64,000 bases of DNA from Octopus vulgaris (lineage: Eukaryota), in NCBI GenBank assembly GCA_951406725.2, contig OX597816.1, forward strand, positions 36,890,001-36,954,000. Direction: 5' to 3'. This document shows positions 24,820 through 38,142 of this stretch, piece by piece. A program made the translations under genes and the position numbers. The stretch's first letter is position 1, and the number at the start of each line of letters is the position of its first letter. The notes under the pieces were generated by a model, which made no database searches, was not told where the DNA came from, and worked only from the letters and a program-made list of their open reading frames with translations.

Positions 24820-26190
24820 GTAGAATAAGAATCAAAGTTAGACAAACGGAGTTCACATATACATTTATTCAGCCCTAGACCCAACATGCATGGATTTCTC
24901 TAAAAGTATATTTAATAAATCAAACATATTAAAATTATATAGATATATAAAAACATATAGAGAAATCATTACATTAAATGTATACATATAAAATATATAA
25001 ATATATTGATATATACATTGAAAATATATCGAAAAAATAAATACATATATGAGTCGACTTACAGATTATAAAACGAAATCATAAAAAGAGTTAAGAGTCT
25101 ATAACATAAAATGTGAGGATTTTAATAATCCAGTTAATAATCCTACGACCGTTTCTGGGGGGGGGGAGATTTTCCAGGGATATAAAAGATATTTACATTC
25201 ATTATGGGACACCACCTCCTTCATCAGAGAAAAATAAATTTCTAAATAAGCTCATATGTACTGCCTTTTTCCTAATGGGAATTACCTACTGAGTGTTTTC
25301 GTAGAGCTATATGCAAAAGACCCGGGAGTAGAAGCGTGTTTGAGTGGTTGGAGGAGGGGATGTGTGGAAGCTGGTTCTCAACTCTATCCAGAATCAAAAT
25401 GCATAAATTTTGAGGAGTGAAACCTACGTTTAAGAGAGTAGATGGCGTCGGGAAATGTATTTAATATTGATGAGCTGTGTAGTTTAATGCTTCTTTTAAG
25501 CATAGTTGGCATTCGCCTATAATGTATTATAATGTTGAGCTTCTTTTATTATGGACCAAGCCAGTGTATATTGTATATTTTATGATTTAAGATCATGTGT
25601 GTGTGTGGCTAATAATCCCGAGAATTTGGAGTTGTCTTAGTGAAAGAATTTAAGTGAGCTTGATATCAACATCTAAAGTATATGGTACTGCCTATATACC
25701 TCTTCGCTTGGTGTTTACCTGATGTTTCTACACAACATTTATAAACCACATTTTTACGTAGGCAAATGCCCCCAAGCGGGCATATATCAGATATACAACA
25801 GTTACAGGTTTTCCTTTTTGTTATACTATTTATATTGGTTGCGTTGCTATTTGTTGGACTAATATGGGGTGCTGTATAAGTGTTTGAGTGTGTATTAGTC
25901 TGAAGTCAGATTTTATATATATTAATAGAAGCTGTTATAAATCCTAAGCTTGGTGTGGTGGAGTAAGTCAATGTGACTGATGATTTGTTAAAGATAAAGT
26001 GGTATCTATGATGCTGAGGACAGTTAGATTTCAGAATTTTAAAAAATGGTTTAGGTAAAGATTTAACCTGAAGAGAAAAGGGTAGCGTGTACCATAGGAT
26101 TTCCTGTTTTCTAGTTTAGAATGTGCTGTTACATTGGATTGGTCACGAAGAGGAGATTTATAATTTCTATAAATTCTGGACGGCTTATGG
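24818..26190 (-). mobile_element. 5'-truncated PLE: linker, GIY-YIG, HHR, tail, (TA)n
   Basis: KILWYTLPFSLQVK..HHRYHFIFNKSSVTLTYSTTP, then CNCCISDICPLGGICLRKNVVYKC..YIGST. Confidence 0.85.
25141..25230 (-). ncRNA. Type I hammerhead ribozyme with expanded stem II
   Basis: tct-CTGATGA-aggagg...ctcccc..a-GAAAC-ggtc-GTA-gga, downstream of the GIY-YIG region. Confidence 0.65.
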
Positions 26191-26194
26191 TGTG

Positions 26195-26707
26195 ATTTTA
26201 TGGGTCTGTTTGCACTCCACAGACCCGGTCGCTTTTGCTGAATGTCCTTCCTCAAACGCGTCGAACTCTCGACTGACTGTCTTGCTCGAAATGTCGATGC
26301 ATAATACCACATTTTCGGGGGTAGCGCTCATGGCAGGTCTCCCAGATCGTTCATCGTCTTTGAGAGATTTTCTTCTACTTTTGAAGCGCCCGTGTCACTC
26401 GAAACATTGCGTACGATCCATTGACTCGTCGCTGTAAGCTTACTGAAGTATTCTCAATGTCTCTGTAACATACCTCCCATTCCAAATTTAGTGCAAAAAC
26501 CAAAAGTTGTTGTTTTTTTTGTTACTGTCCATGACAAAATCGCAGACTTCAGCATACACGTTATCACAAAAATGCAAATTTCACAACGTGCGAAGTAAAC
26601 ACAGCGACATCACTCAGCACACTGCCTCATGAGGGCCACTACTAGCTCTCACTGAGCACGCAACCGTGTACTGCCATCTGTCCGGGAACTTTTTGAATCA
26701 CTTCGTA
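26195..26707 (-). mobile_element. Mariner N-terminal remnant with TIR
   Basis: AYSDESMDRTQCFE*HGRFK..SLKDDERSGRP, RLRKDIQQKRPGLW; end TACGAAGTGATTCAAAAAGTTCCCGG. Confidence 0.78.
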
Positions 26708-27784
26708 TTCTCGTATTGCAATCAAGTTAAACTGCAAAGATATACACAAACAAAAACTTAGATTTTAGATTTTGCTCTTTATCACATATTAAAGGAAAGA
26801 TCACAGTTAATATGGCAGTTAATGTGTCCAGTTAATGTGTCCAGACTTAATAGGAGAAAAAAGATGATTTGGAGGAACTACAGTATTGCTCAAACACGAA
26901 AGCATTGAAAAACTTCTATAAAATTTCGGTGATATAACCCAGGGAAAACATACTGCAAATCCTGATTTACAGAAGAGCTTTGACAAGGAGGGTTAAGACA
27001 GAAATAAAGATATTCCATGTGTCGGATCTAATAATCTCAGAAACCTCAATATATATACATTCGGCCAAATGATACCTTACAAATATTACAAATTACAAGC
27101 TTATTAAAGTTACAAAATATTGATTTGAAATTTTAGCGCAAAACCAAATATTTTGGGGGTGAGATAAATCCAGTGCTTAAATGGTACTTAATTTATGAAC
27201 CCCACTTCTTTTCATCCGGGCTGGCTCCCTCAGTCGCTAAACTGATAACAGTGGTGGTCGTAATCAAGCAGTGCTGACCAATATTACCTTTGGCTGTTAC
27301 TCCAACTTTTATTCAACATACTTTTCAAACGAGAGACACTACTCTCTGTTAACTCTGTGTACATTTATGTTCTGTTCTCTCCCAGAAGGGGTGAGATTTT
27401 GCTTATAGACAATGTATGTGAAAATACACCAAAAGGGGTTATGGATGATGGCATCGAATCGGAGGACAGATGTTTGTGTATCGTTAAGATTCATCAGTTA
27501 CAGACACCGAATCCATTTTTCAAAGATTTTATTTTTTTGCAGCATATTAAGAAGGGAAAATTAAAATTAAAATTGTCTTAGTAAGTATGTGTGTGTGTCT
27601 GTGTGGGTCTGTGTGCCTGAGTAAGAATGTGTGGAAATATATAGTTATAATTGTGACTTGTTCATAATTATAATCGCATTTCTTCTTTATATTTTTGATA
27701 ACATGTTTGGCCTTTGGTACATTTATAAATAATCTTAATTATTTATAATATATCGTTCGTAATGTATTTACATTACTCTCTACT

Positions 27785-27862
<78 letters not shown>

Positions 27863-27952
27863 ACTGTTCCGTTATAGAAAGGTCAATAGAAAATGTATAC
27901 CACCTGATAAGAGTTGAATATTATTTATTTAATGGACAGTACATGTCTTTAA

Positions 27953-28007
27953 ATGCTACTAATAGTTTTATATGTTGAAAAATATCTCCCACATATTCAT
28001 CAGGCAT
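27953..28007 (-). ncRNA. Hammerhead ribozyme with one core substitution; tail runs to (TA)n at 27856
   Basis: atgc-CTGATGA-atatgt...acatat-AAAAC-tatta-GTA-gcat. Confidence 0.65.
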
Positions 28008-28054
28008 AAACCACATATCACAACGAGCTATATATATGTACACAGTGTAGGATC

Positions 28055-28270
28055 AGTCATCGCTGTGTGGTAAGAAGTGTGCTCCCCATCCACATAGTTT
28101 CGGGTTTTCTTCCACCGCATTGTAGGGCAAGTCTCTTCTATTATAGCTTCAGGAGGACTAAAGACTTGTAAGTGGTTTTCGTATACGAAAACTGAAAGAA
28201 GCCTGTCCTGCGTGTGTGTGTAAATGTATTTATGTTTACTGCCATTTGACAAGATGTTGGTTCGATACAT
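28055..28270 (+). mobile_element. Degenerate SINE family A
   Basis: GCTGTGTGGTAAGAAG..GGGCAAGTCTCTTCTATTATAGC..AAACTGAAAGAAGCCTGTC. Confidence 0.7.
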
Positions 28271-28661
28271 TTCATAAGTTTCTGTAACATTTTTGTCCAG
28301 TTTAACACAAAATGGTATTGCATAGAATAGCGAGTTTCCAAACTGCACCAATTGTATTCTGTACAAAACAGTGTTCAGTAAGATGTGTTAAAATGCTGGA
28401 AGAGACATTTCCTTCAATCTGGAATTAAAAATTTGTAGTCCAGCTTATTAAATATATAGCAATGATTTACTGAAATTACAATAAACTACGATAATTATAA
28501 CGGCCACTCCTTAAAAAAATTCATATCTGGAATGCACCATGTATGTATGTACGTATGCCTGTATGCATGTAAATATATATGTATATGTGTATAAATATAT
28601 ATATATATATATATATATACATAGAGAGAGAGGGGGAGGGAGGGAGAGAGAGGCGATGATA

Positions 28662-29999
28662 TACCCAACAGTAACCGGATGCGTTCTCTCTGAGAAAAGC
28701 TCGTGTGTAGTTCATGCTTCCGGCGCAAGAAGCCACTTGTTGCAACCCTCAGACGTCAGTATGCCGACCGGCATTGTCCAATGAAGTCCTACTGTCACGT
28801 GTGAATCTTTGTTTTGCTGTGCTTCTCCCAAGTTCGTCGATTTTTCCGATGGCTGAAACAAAGAAAAAGCGTGCTTCCATGAAATTCTATTTTCTGATGA
28901 GTAAAACGGCGACCGAAACTGTTCTTATTAAATGGGGCGAGCTGGCAGAAATGTTAGCACTCCGGGCGAAATGCGTAGCGGTATTTTGTCTGTATTTACG
29001 TTCTGAGTTCAAATACCGCCGAGGTCGACTTTGCCTTTCATCCTTTCGGGGTCGATGAACTAAGTACTAGATACGCACTGGGATCGATGTAATCGACTTA
29101 ATCCGTCTGTCTGTCCTTGTTTGTCCCCTCTGTGTTAAGCCCCTTGTGGGTAGTAAAGAAATAGGTATTTAGTCTGCCGTTACGTTCTAAGTTCAAATTC
29201 CGTCAAGGTCGACTTTGCTTTCATCTTTTCGAGGTTGATAAATTAAGTACCAGTTACACACAGGGCTCGATGTAATCGGCTTAATCCCTTTCTCTGTCCT
29301 TGCTTGTCCCCTCGATGTTTAGTTCCTTGTGGGCAATAAAGAAATACGAAACTCTTCTTATACTTCAAAGCGTTTACAAGAACTCTGCTATGAGCAAACC
29401 ACAAGACTACGAGTGGTTTTCACATTTTAGGAATGGTCACTTATCGCTTGAAGACCAACCTCGTTCAGGTTGTCCGTCAATCTCCCGAACGAATGAAAAC
29501 ATCTTGAAAATTTGTGAACTGATCTTCAAGGACTATCACCGACAATTGGCGAACTTGTTGCTCTGACTAGTGTGTCCTGGAGTTCCTCCGAACGAATTTT
29601 CAGCGAGAAATTTCGAATTAAAAGATTGCAGCAAAATTTACGCCTCGCTTTTTCACGGAAGATCAAAAGCAGTGACGACTGAATGCATGTCGTAAACTGA
29701 AATAACAGCTGGAAATTGATCCGGACTTTTTTTGGGTTTTTTTTCAGAGGCTATCACTGGTGACGAAAGCTGGTGCTATGGAATTTGTAGATATGGAAAG
29801 GGTGAAGAAAAAACGATGGAGGCGTTAAAAGGCATCACATTGCAAGAGTCCCAGCACTACGTCGAACAGTGGAAAACGTGTCTGTTCCCATGCATTGCTT
29901 CAAATGGAGAATACTTTGAAGGCGCTAAAAGCGTAAACATGTAAAAGGGAATAAAATAATATTGAGAAAATTCCGGTTTCTTTTGGGTACCCTCTCGTA
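28662..29999 (+). mobile_element. Internally deleted mariner element, interrupted by a SINE
   Basis: ATG at 28849: MAETK..KTATET..YEWFSHFRNG..LEDQPRSG, ITGDESWCY, CIASNGEYFEG; ends TACCCAACAGTAACCGGA and TCCGGTTTCTTTTGGGTACCCTCTCGTA. Confidence 0.85.
28929..29346 (+). mobile_element. SINE family B (two units) with 15-bp target site duplication
   Basis: TSD CGAAACTGTTCTTAT 28914-28928 and CGAAACTCTTCTTAT 29347-29361. Confidence 0.9.
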
Positions 30000-30116
30000 T
30001 ATATAGATGTGCGCATATCAGTATACTTGTGTGTTTGTATGTGTGACTATATGTGTGTACGTGCGTGTGTGGGCGCGTGTGCTTGTGTGTGTGCGTGTAT
30101 TTGTGCGTGTATGGTT

Positions 30117-30342
30117 CGAGCTGGCAGAAACGTTAGCACACCGGGCGAAATGCGTTGCCGTATTTCGTCTGCCGTTACGTTCCGAGTTCAAATTCCGCCG
30201 AGGTTGACTTTGCCTTTCATCCTTCCGGGGTCGATAAATTAAGTACCAGTTACGCACTGGGGTCGATGTAATCGACTTAATCCCTTTGTCTGTCCTTGTT
30301 TGTCTCCTCTGTGTTTAGCCCCTTGTGGGTAGTAAAGAAATG
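30117..30342 (+). mobile_element. SINE family B, single unit
   Basis: CGAGCTGGCAGAAACGTTAGC..GCCCCTTGTGGGTAGTAAAGAAAT. Confidence 0.9.
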
Positions 30343-32779
30343 TGTATGCTTGTGGGTATACCTATACGATGATTCGTAAATTTTCAACAAACCACTATAC
30401 AAAAGCACTTTTAAGGGATTCCGTTTACCTCCCGCTGCGTTTGGCCGAATCTTTAAGATTAATTGTTAATGTGGTAACAGTGAAATTATTATGAAATAAT
30501 CTTCATAAAACTACTCACAAGCTCAGCGCCTAAAGTCATTCGTGTTCACTGTGCATACTTTCAAGTTAATGGACTTTATCACAATGGACTTTATACAAAC
30601 CTGCCTCTAATCATAAATTGTTATTTCCTCAATGACCTTTTTTTTCACCGTGAGTTATTTTACAATAAATCTTTTGTTTGTTCTAAATACATGACCTTTC
30701 ACTACATTACTTTAGGGAAGTATGACAGCTCCAATACTCTAACCTTCGCATCTGGATAAGAATAATATTTATTAGTTATCTGGAGTTTGAATCATAATTA
30801 TGTTCTTTTGTTACGATTTCATTTAAGGGGATCGAAAATCAAATCTTTTATAATCATGGTAAAAATCTTCACAGTATAATGGATCAAGCTGCGATATAAA
30901 TCTGAGGATCTCGTATGCACTTCTAATATAAAATTTTATTTAAACCCACACAGGTTTCAAAGTAGGTACATTTTCATCAAATTTCAAAAGCAATTAAATA
31001 GATAAATGGATAAGAATCCGTTTAAATATACTGCGTTAAGAAAAATATATGAAGATCTTCAGAAAAATAATTGTATTTTCAAAAGAAAAGAGGAGGGATG
31101 ATAAGACATTTAGAAATATTTATTCACTGATTTACTGCCTTTGATAGTTAAAGCATATTGTTTTAATACCACAGCACATTGAAATGATATTGTGATATAT
31201 GTATACGCATTTTTAATTCATATCAGTAACATTTAGTAAGATAAGCAATATCAATTTACACCTGCATTATTTTAAGAATACATTATGAAAATGTAAAAGT
31301 AACTTCAACTTATGAATACTTTTGCTTTGTCATATAAATCTGAAATTTAGTTATGCTTAAGTATTTTGTTGGTATTTTCTTTTCTGCTTTTTTTTGTTTC
31401 CTTTTGTCAAATAGTTTTAAACTGGAATCATTCTATCCAGAAAGCAATCTACGTCGGCAAATAATAATTACAAAGAGGAATATGTTTTAGCTTCTCTTTA
31501 ATCATATTAGTTAATTATACCTTATGCTACATATAAAGACCTCAGCGGTAGCACTTTAATACATTGATCATGAATATAGCAAAACCACTCACTAACCTAT
31601 TCATTCGATGTTCGATTCCCCAAATACATGTTTTGCTGGAACTGCACAACAAAGAATATGTCTTGGGTTGATTTCTTCGACTAAAACCCTTTAAGGTGGT
31701 ACTCCAGCATGGCCGCTGTCAAATGACCGAAATAAGTAAAAGGACAAAAGAATATAGAAATTAATAACTCGTATTTCGTGATTGGATCTTCGCATTAAAA
31801 ATTATTAATTTTGCAGACTTGCGTCTAAAGGAAATCGTTAAACCAACCAAAGTGTATATTCAATTTATTAAAGGCCTAAACTAAATAATGTATTTATATA
31901 TACCAGTGGGACTCGTGGGTATTCCAAAAAACGAAAAATATTAAGAAAATCTATTTAAGAAAGAAAGGACGATTTGCATTTTTTCGTTTCGAACAAGCTG
32001 ATTATTATATAGACTTCACTGTTCTACCATAAAATCTGAAAGGAATTCAAAATCTGTTTCTTCTTTTTCTTTTCTTCACACGTTGTTAATTACCCACTTG
32101 CTTAACCAGCAATCACAAATAAAATTAATTTCTGCAAGGACCCTAATCGCCACTCGACCAGGAATGTGAAATCCTGAATGGGGATTTATGCAGGATACCT
32201 TATGTTATGTCACTGTAACGATGCTGCAAGTTGGCAGAATCATTAGAGCGTCAAATATTTAAAAAAAAACTGTCTACCAGTAATTCTTCCGAGTTCAAAG
32301 CCTACTGTGGTCAATGTTGCCAGGGATAGTAAAATACAGTACCAATCTAATATACAGTATTAGATTTTACCATCCCTAAAGAGTATTGCATACACATGCG
32401 TGTGCACACGTACACACACGCACACATAATCGGTCAGTTGTTCATAAGTCATCTCACTTTGAACGGTTTCAGTTGAGTCCGAAAAGGCTAGTTTATGTCA
32501 CATAGACGCTCACTAGTTAGTAAGCCCATGCTTTTCAACGCGAATTTTCAATAATGTGGGCACCAACTAAACACCTCAGTTTTTAATTTAAGAGGGCCCC
32601 CACTCCTCGATCAAGCGACTGTTTTAGAATCCTTACTCTCTCCACCAAGCAGAGCTTGCATCGTCTGCTGCCATTGAGGCTGTTCCAGGAGCTTCCATTT
32701 AATTTTGTATGACTTTTAACTCTTCTATTAAATGCCATTTATAGTTGGCGAAAGACATAGCGTTGTGCTTCTCTGGGAT

Positions 32780-33420
32780 CCCTCAATAGGATTTGTACTT
32801 ATCCCGTCACAGCTTAAGAAACCCTCCGTTATCTAACATATATGTATCATTACGATGTTAGTGTTAGTGATGCTGCTGGTTTGCTGCTGCTGCTATTGCC
32901 ACTTTTGCCCCATTGATGTTGTTACTCCCAAGTACCACATCTGATATAGTGGACCACAGCCTCGGAGTTACATCGACCGCCTGTTGGGCACTTACAATTG
33001 GCCCTACACAGTATCCTGCCTCCGTGTTGTATTTAGGAGCGTCCACTAAAATAGTTTTTACGCTGGGCGCACAGCTGAAGGTGACCATTAAGTTTTGTCT
33101 ATTGAATTATCGCACCAACGACGTATGGACGCGTGCACGGAAATATGTTATATAAACAGAAGATACGTTTAAGCTGCGACTAAATAAACACACGTCTCCT
33201 TTTATAATTCCCCAGAAATTCAAAGCTACGTCTTTGGCCAACTGCATATGTTTAAAGAAGAGTGAAACCCATTCAGGATTAAATGCAGGCTCCCAGAGCG
33301 ATTTGAACCACACCCAAACGGAAGCAGACGATGCAAATTTTGTTTGGCTGAGAGGGCAAGGACCCTAAAAAAATTTCTTGGTCCGGGAGACCGTCGTAAC
33401 TTAGAAGACAAAGTGAAGTA
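32780..33420 (+). mobile_element. Decayed PLE GIY-YIG fragment
   Basis: KYVI*TEDTFKLRLNKHTSPF..ATSLAN..PNGSRRCKFCLAER. Confidence 0.62.
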
Positions 33421-34916
33421 TTTAGTTGATACCCTCAGGATAGAAATTTAGCGCTGCCCCAGAATAAAACGACCAGCATAAATAAACTGCTACAATCTAC
33501 CATGGTAATGAATACGTAAGATCCACTGCTCTTTGAAAGGTCTAGTTTTACTTCGACCCATGTCCACTCAACACATTCATTTCTCCAACTTTCATCAGCT
33601 ATATTGTATCTATTCCCCTAAACCATGCTACTATCCTTGTTTTACGTGACGTTTTCTCTTTGAAATTACTTCCCTGTAATGTTTCAAGTAGCTATGAATT
33701 ATATTTCATTTTAACGGTTATATGAACATCTCCTTCCTTCACGTGAATTTAAAAAATTATAATTAATATATATATATATATATCTGTAATAGAAGAATGT
33801 GGCAGCGTATGGTTTTAAAATACAATTACCAGAAACGATTTCGTTTGCCTTTTATAGTTCACTTTGATAAGAGGATTATATGTTCATAGAAATTGTATTG
33901 GGAGGCAATAAGGAAATTAAATGGGCTGTTTAATGTCATTGAAAAATAGAGTGACTTAATTCATTTTGAATTCATCTCGCAAATATCGGAAATGTTGATG
34001 TTCAAAACAGGGAAAATTATACAAATATTACGTTGACATTAATTAGATTCTCAAATTTTTACGCGGCAGATAAATGGAAACGTATCCTAACTGAGACAGT
34101 GGGGTTTCTCAGATGATAATAGTTACTTCGAAAAATAAAAATCGTTTATACTATGCATTTATTCTTCAAATATTCATATCTGTCAAAGCAGGTTAATGTT
34201 TATGTTCAATAAATGACAAGTAAAAATGTGATTTAAGGAAATTATATTTTGAACTTATAAATATGTAAATTATAATCAAATGCCATTTGCAACTCTTAAA
34301 AATCTGAACTAAGCAGGCTAAGGTTTAAGCTCTAGTATAACCGAAAACACGAAGTCTTTGGTAGGAAAAATTTCACTTCATAAACATAACTCATTTATCT
34401 TGGTGAGGTCATGCTGTCATGCTTTATAATTCTTCTTTCTTTCTAATTCTTCTTTCCTTAATCGATCGCTATTCAGACATAATTAGAACTAGATATATTA
34501 GTGAGTATACATTTCTATATGATTGTAAATTTATACTTCTATAGTAAATGTTCCAGTTGGTAATTTAGTGAATGGAAAACATGCGGAAAACTTTTTCACA
34601 ATAATATCAACTAATTCTTCAAAAATACTTTATCCTGTTAAGCATATCAAGAACTTTATAATGCTATATACCTAGATTTAACCCAACAATTAGTGGCGGG
34701 GGGCACATAAACCGATGATCTGCTAAGTATGAGATCATACGGCTGTCTTTTAGGGATACAATGAGATACATATACAAAAAAGAGTAAAACATATTTATAG
34801 CGTAGATAATTTTCATAAAGGAAACGGAAATGAACTAATGAATATAATTTAGAATGGTCAGTAATATATTTTGGGGTAGCAAAGGCAACTAAGAATATCT
34901 AAACACCATATAATAT

Positions 34917-35196
34917 GGATCTTCTCGGTTTGAACGGCAGTTCTTAACATAATCTGTTTCTTAAACGAGGGACATATTCATACGGCACAGAATGTTTTCA
35001 CCTAAAAAAACTGATTGGTTGAAATTGCCGAAATGCAAGAAATTAAAGACCAAATATCTTACAAACTATAGAATTTTCTCAATAAAGCCAAGAGAAAAAT
35101 ATATTTTATAAACACATTCTACCAGTATACGAAGTTTAAAATTTTTTAGTTACCTAGAAATTATGTTAAAAACTGCCGTTCAAACCGAAATGATCC
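34917..35196. mobile_element. MITE with about 37-bp TIRs and 8-bp TSD (Merlin- or hAT-type)
   Basis: TIR GGATCTTCTCGGTTTGAACGGCAGTT..; TSD TATAATAT at 34909-34916 and 35197-35204. Confidence 0.88.
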
Positions 35197-35254
35197 TATA
35201 ATATGAACGATTCATTTACTGTTCCGTAATAACAATATACGAGGGCTTGCTGAA

Positions 35255-35375
35255 AAGAGACCGATGGAATAAGTACTAGGCTTCCTAAGAATAAGTCCTG
35301 AAATCGATTTGCTCAACTAAAGGCGGTGCTCCAGCATGGCCACAGTCAAATGACTGAAAGAAGTAAAAGTAGAAG
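35255..35375 (+). mobile_element. SINE family A 3' fragment
   Basis: GGCGGTGCTCCAGCATGGCCACAGTCAAATGACTGAAA; similar fragments at 31655-31750 and 56200-56245. Confidence 0.8.
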
Positions 35376-35839
35376 TAAATGTTTTCATATCTTATTCAAG
35401 GATGATACTTTCAGCTTAAGCAACGTTGGATATTTCATACTTTAAAAACATTTATATTTTATAGCAGGATCGAATATATAAATTTCATTTGCTTCATTTC
35501 CTCCAAGACTTCTTTACTAATGTAAATGATGCAGTATAATCTACTGATGTACGAGGATGATTGCAATTAAAACATTATTCTTGATTTAAGTGGCATTTAT
35601 TGTTTCAAACCATATTTCTTTAGTTTTATTAATATGTAAGCAAAATTACCTTATGATTTTTGCTCCTCTTAAATCTTTAACGAATTATAAAATTGATTGA
35701 GAAGAACAGCTGAAATATCAAATAAAGGGAAAGTGAAATTGGAAATGAACGAAAAGTGTCTGTCTATAAAATATTGGACTCCTATTTGCTGATATTAAAA
35801 ATCTCAACACGTTGTGTTAGTTACAGCGAACGTAACTCA

Positions 35840-36242
35840 TCTCTCTATATATAATGTTGAAGTTGTCTGTGTGTGTGTGTGGCAAGTTTGGTAGCCCTCA
35901 ACTAACACTATCTCTTCCGAGACCCTACGGCGCAAGTTGACCAAAATTGAGAGTATGATAGAAGAAGGCTTGCTCTTTTTCCGTGGGAGAAAAAATTCAA
36001 AACGAATCATGTTAAGACCAAATATTATTTACATCAAAAAGGTGCTTTTTTTTTTATGACAATCCCTATTTTTTACGATTTTTTGACTGCTGTGTCACCA
36101 TTTCTCGGTGTATTTCAACCAGAAAAATGTTCATTTAAAGAGAATAACAAGCTACATAATGCAAAAGTTTTACTTTTCAAAAATTCTAATTCTAAAGGGT
36201 CGAAACAAACCCGAGCAACGTCGGGCGATACTGAAACTATAG
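35840..36242 (+). mobile_element. Non-autonomous Helitron-like element
   Basis: 5' A^TC start, early (TG)n, subterminal hairpin CCCGA-GCAACG-TCGGG at 36210-36225; terminal CTAG imperfect. Confidence 0.45.
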
Positions 36243-37417
36243 CGATAATATTTTAAGATGGACCGTATGTTCTTTCTATACTGCGTACATTAACTATATG
36301 TTTATACGTCTGTTGTAACTGAAAGTTAAGAAAATTTTAAGATTCTCTAAACAGAGCGTGAGAGTGACTTTACAAGAACAGGTAAGACAAATATTAATAG
36401 GTTACCCAATGACAGAAAGCTGAAAGTATGCTAATGTCCGAATATGTCTCTATGTTGCTGCCTGCTGGACTACCGACTGAGAGACTCAGATGAGCTGTGC
36501 TTGTTGTTCGCGATTTTACATGGTGAATGTAAGGCGGTTGTTGGTATAAAACTCAAACGATTTTTGCCATGGAATTTACGTTTGGGTGTAACAACATGGC
36601 AGTGAATGAGCGAGTGTTTGTGTGTGGGCGTAGGTGTGACTGGGTGTCTGAATTCACAAGTACTGAGTTCTAATCTTGAACAACAACAGATCCGTTCTTT
36701 GTATCATTTCAATTTTATTTATATAGTTGCATTGTTTGAACATAGACTTTGTGAAAAGGTGCTATATGTACAGATAAATTAGACCGAATTTTTCGTTCCT
36801 TTTTTTGAAGATCATAGAATAACGCTTCATTATATCAAACGGATATCGAATAATGACTACTTCAAGAGATTATATTGAAGAATGTAATGTAGGCGGATCA
36901 TTGCACATCGAGTCTTCGTTTTACACATGAAATAATACCAAATTTCGTTTCTTTTGAAAAACCATTATTTTTTGTTTTATATTAAGTGACATATAAAGAG
37001 GTTAAATCCAAGATGTTCTATATTATTGCAGATTCATGAATCCGTATACATAAGACAACAATTATCCTTGATAAAACAAAAGAAATAAATTTCAGCAAGA
37101 GCCCATTAGTGAAACAACTATTTTATTGAAGACGGGGACCAAGTCATCTGATGTGCCAGAACTATTTCTCCGGATATTACTATTCAGTAAGATGCATCAA
37201 TTGATGTCACCCAGTGAGTCAACTTTGACTGTCACCTTACTCCTATTCCTGTCCTGAAAACCTGGAACAAACTAGACTCCGAGCAGTTTTAGTCTGTCCA
37301 TCGCAGGATGATACTGAAGGACAGCAGAGACCTGTCTCAAAAGGTTCCCATTTGTAGGATTACGAACGATTCTTGGAGGAATTTAGATTTTGTTATTGCT
37401 TCCTGCTCCCATTGATA

Positions 37418-37562
37418 GAAGAAGAAGAAGAAGAAGAAGAAGAAGAAGAAGAAGAAGAAGAAGAAGAAGAAGAAGAAGGAGGAGGAGAAGGAGGAGGAGG
37501 AGGAGGAGGAGGAGGAGGAGGAGGAGGAGGAGGAGGAGGAGGAGGAGGAGGAGAAGAAGAAA
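37418..37562 (+). repeat. Compound (GAA)n(GGA)n pure-purine microsatellite
   Basis: Direct reading. Confidence 0.97.
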
Positions 37563-37569
37563 AATTGTT

Positions 37570-38142
37570 AACATTTTGGGGGAGAAGGCCAGTCGATTAC
37601 ATCGATCCCAGACCGCAACTGGTACCCCGAAAGGATGAAAGGTAAAGTCGACCTCGGCAGAATTTGAACTCGGAAGGCAAAGACATACAGAATTTCGCAA
37701 AGCATCTCATCCGGGTTGCTAACGATTTTGATTTCTTTATTGCCCACAAGGGGGCTAACACAGAGGGGCAAACAAGGGTAGACAAAGGGATTAAGTCGAT
37801 TATACCGACCCCAGTGCGTAACTGGTACTTATTTAATCGACCACGAAAGGATGAAAGCCAAAGTCGACCTCGGCGGAATTTGAACTCAAAACGTAGCAGC
37901 AGACGAAATACCTATTTCTTTACTACCCATAAGGGGCAAAACACAGACGGGACAAACGAGGACAGACAAACGGATTACGTCGATTAGATTGACCCCAGTG
38001 CGTAACTGGTACGTATTTAATCGACCCTAAAAGGATGAAAGGCAAAGTCGACCTCGACGGAATTTGAACTCACAACGTAACGCAGACGAAATACCGCTAA
38101 GCATTTCACCCGGCGTGCTAACGTTCCTGCCAGCTCGCCGCC
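37570..38142 (-). mobile_element. SINE family B, three tandem units
   Basis: Same layout as 8370-8960, period about 183 bp. Confidence 0.88.

Noticed and set aside
37373-37700. Poly-E/G, poly-R and poly-L ORFs
   Set aside because: All frames of the (GAA)n(GGA)n tract
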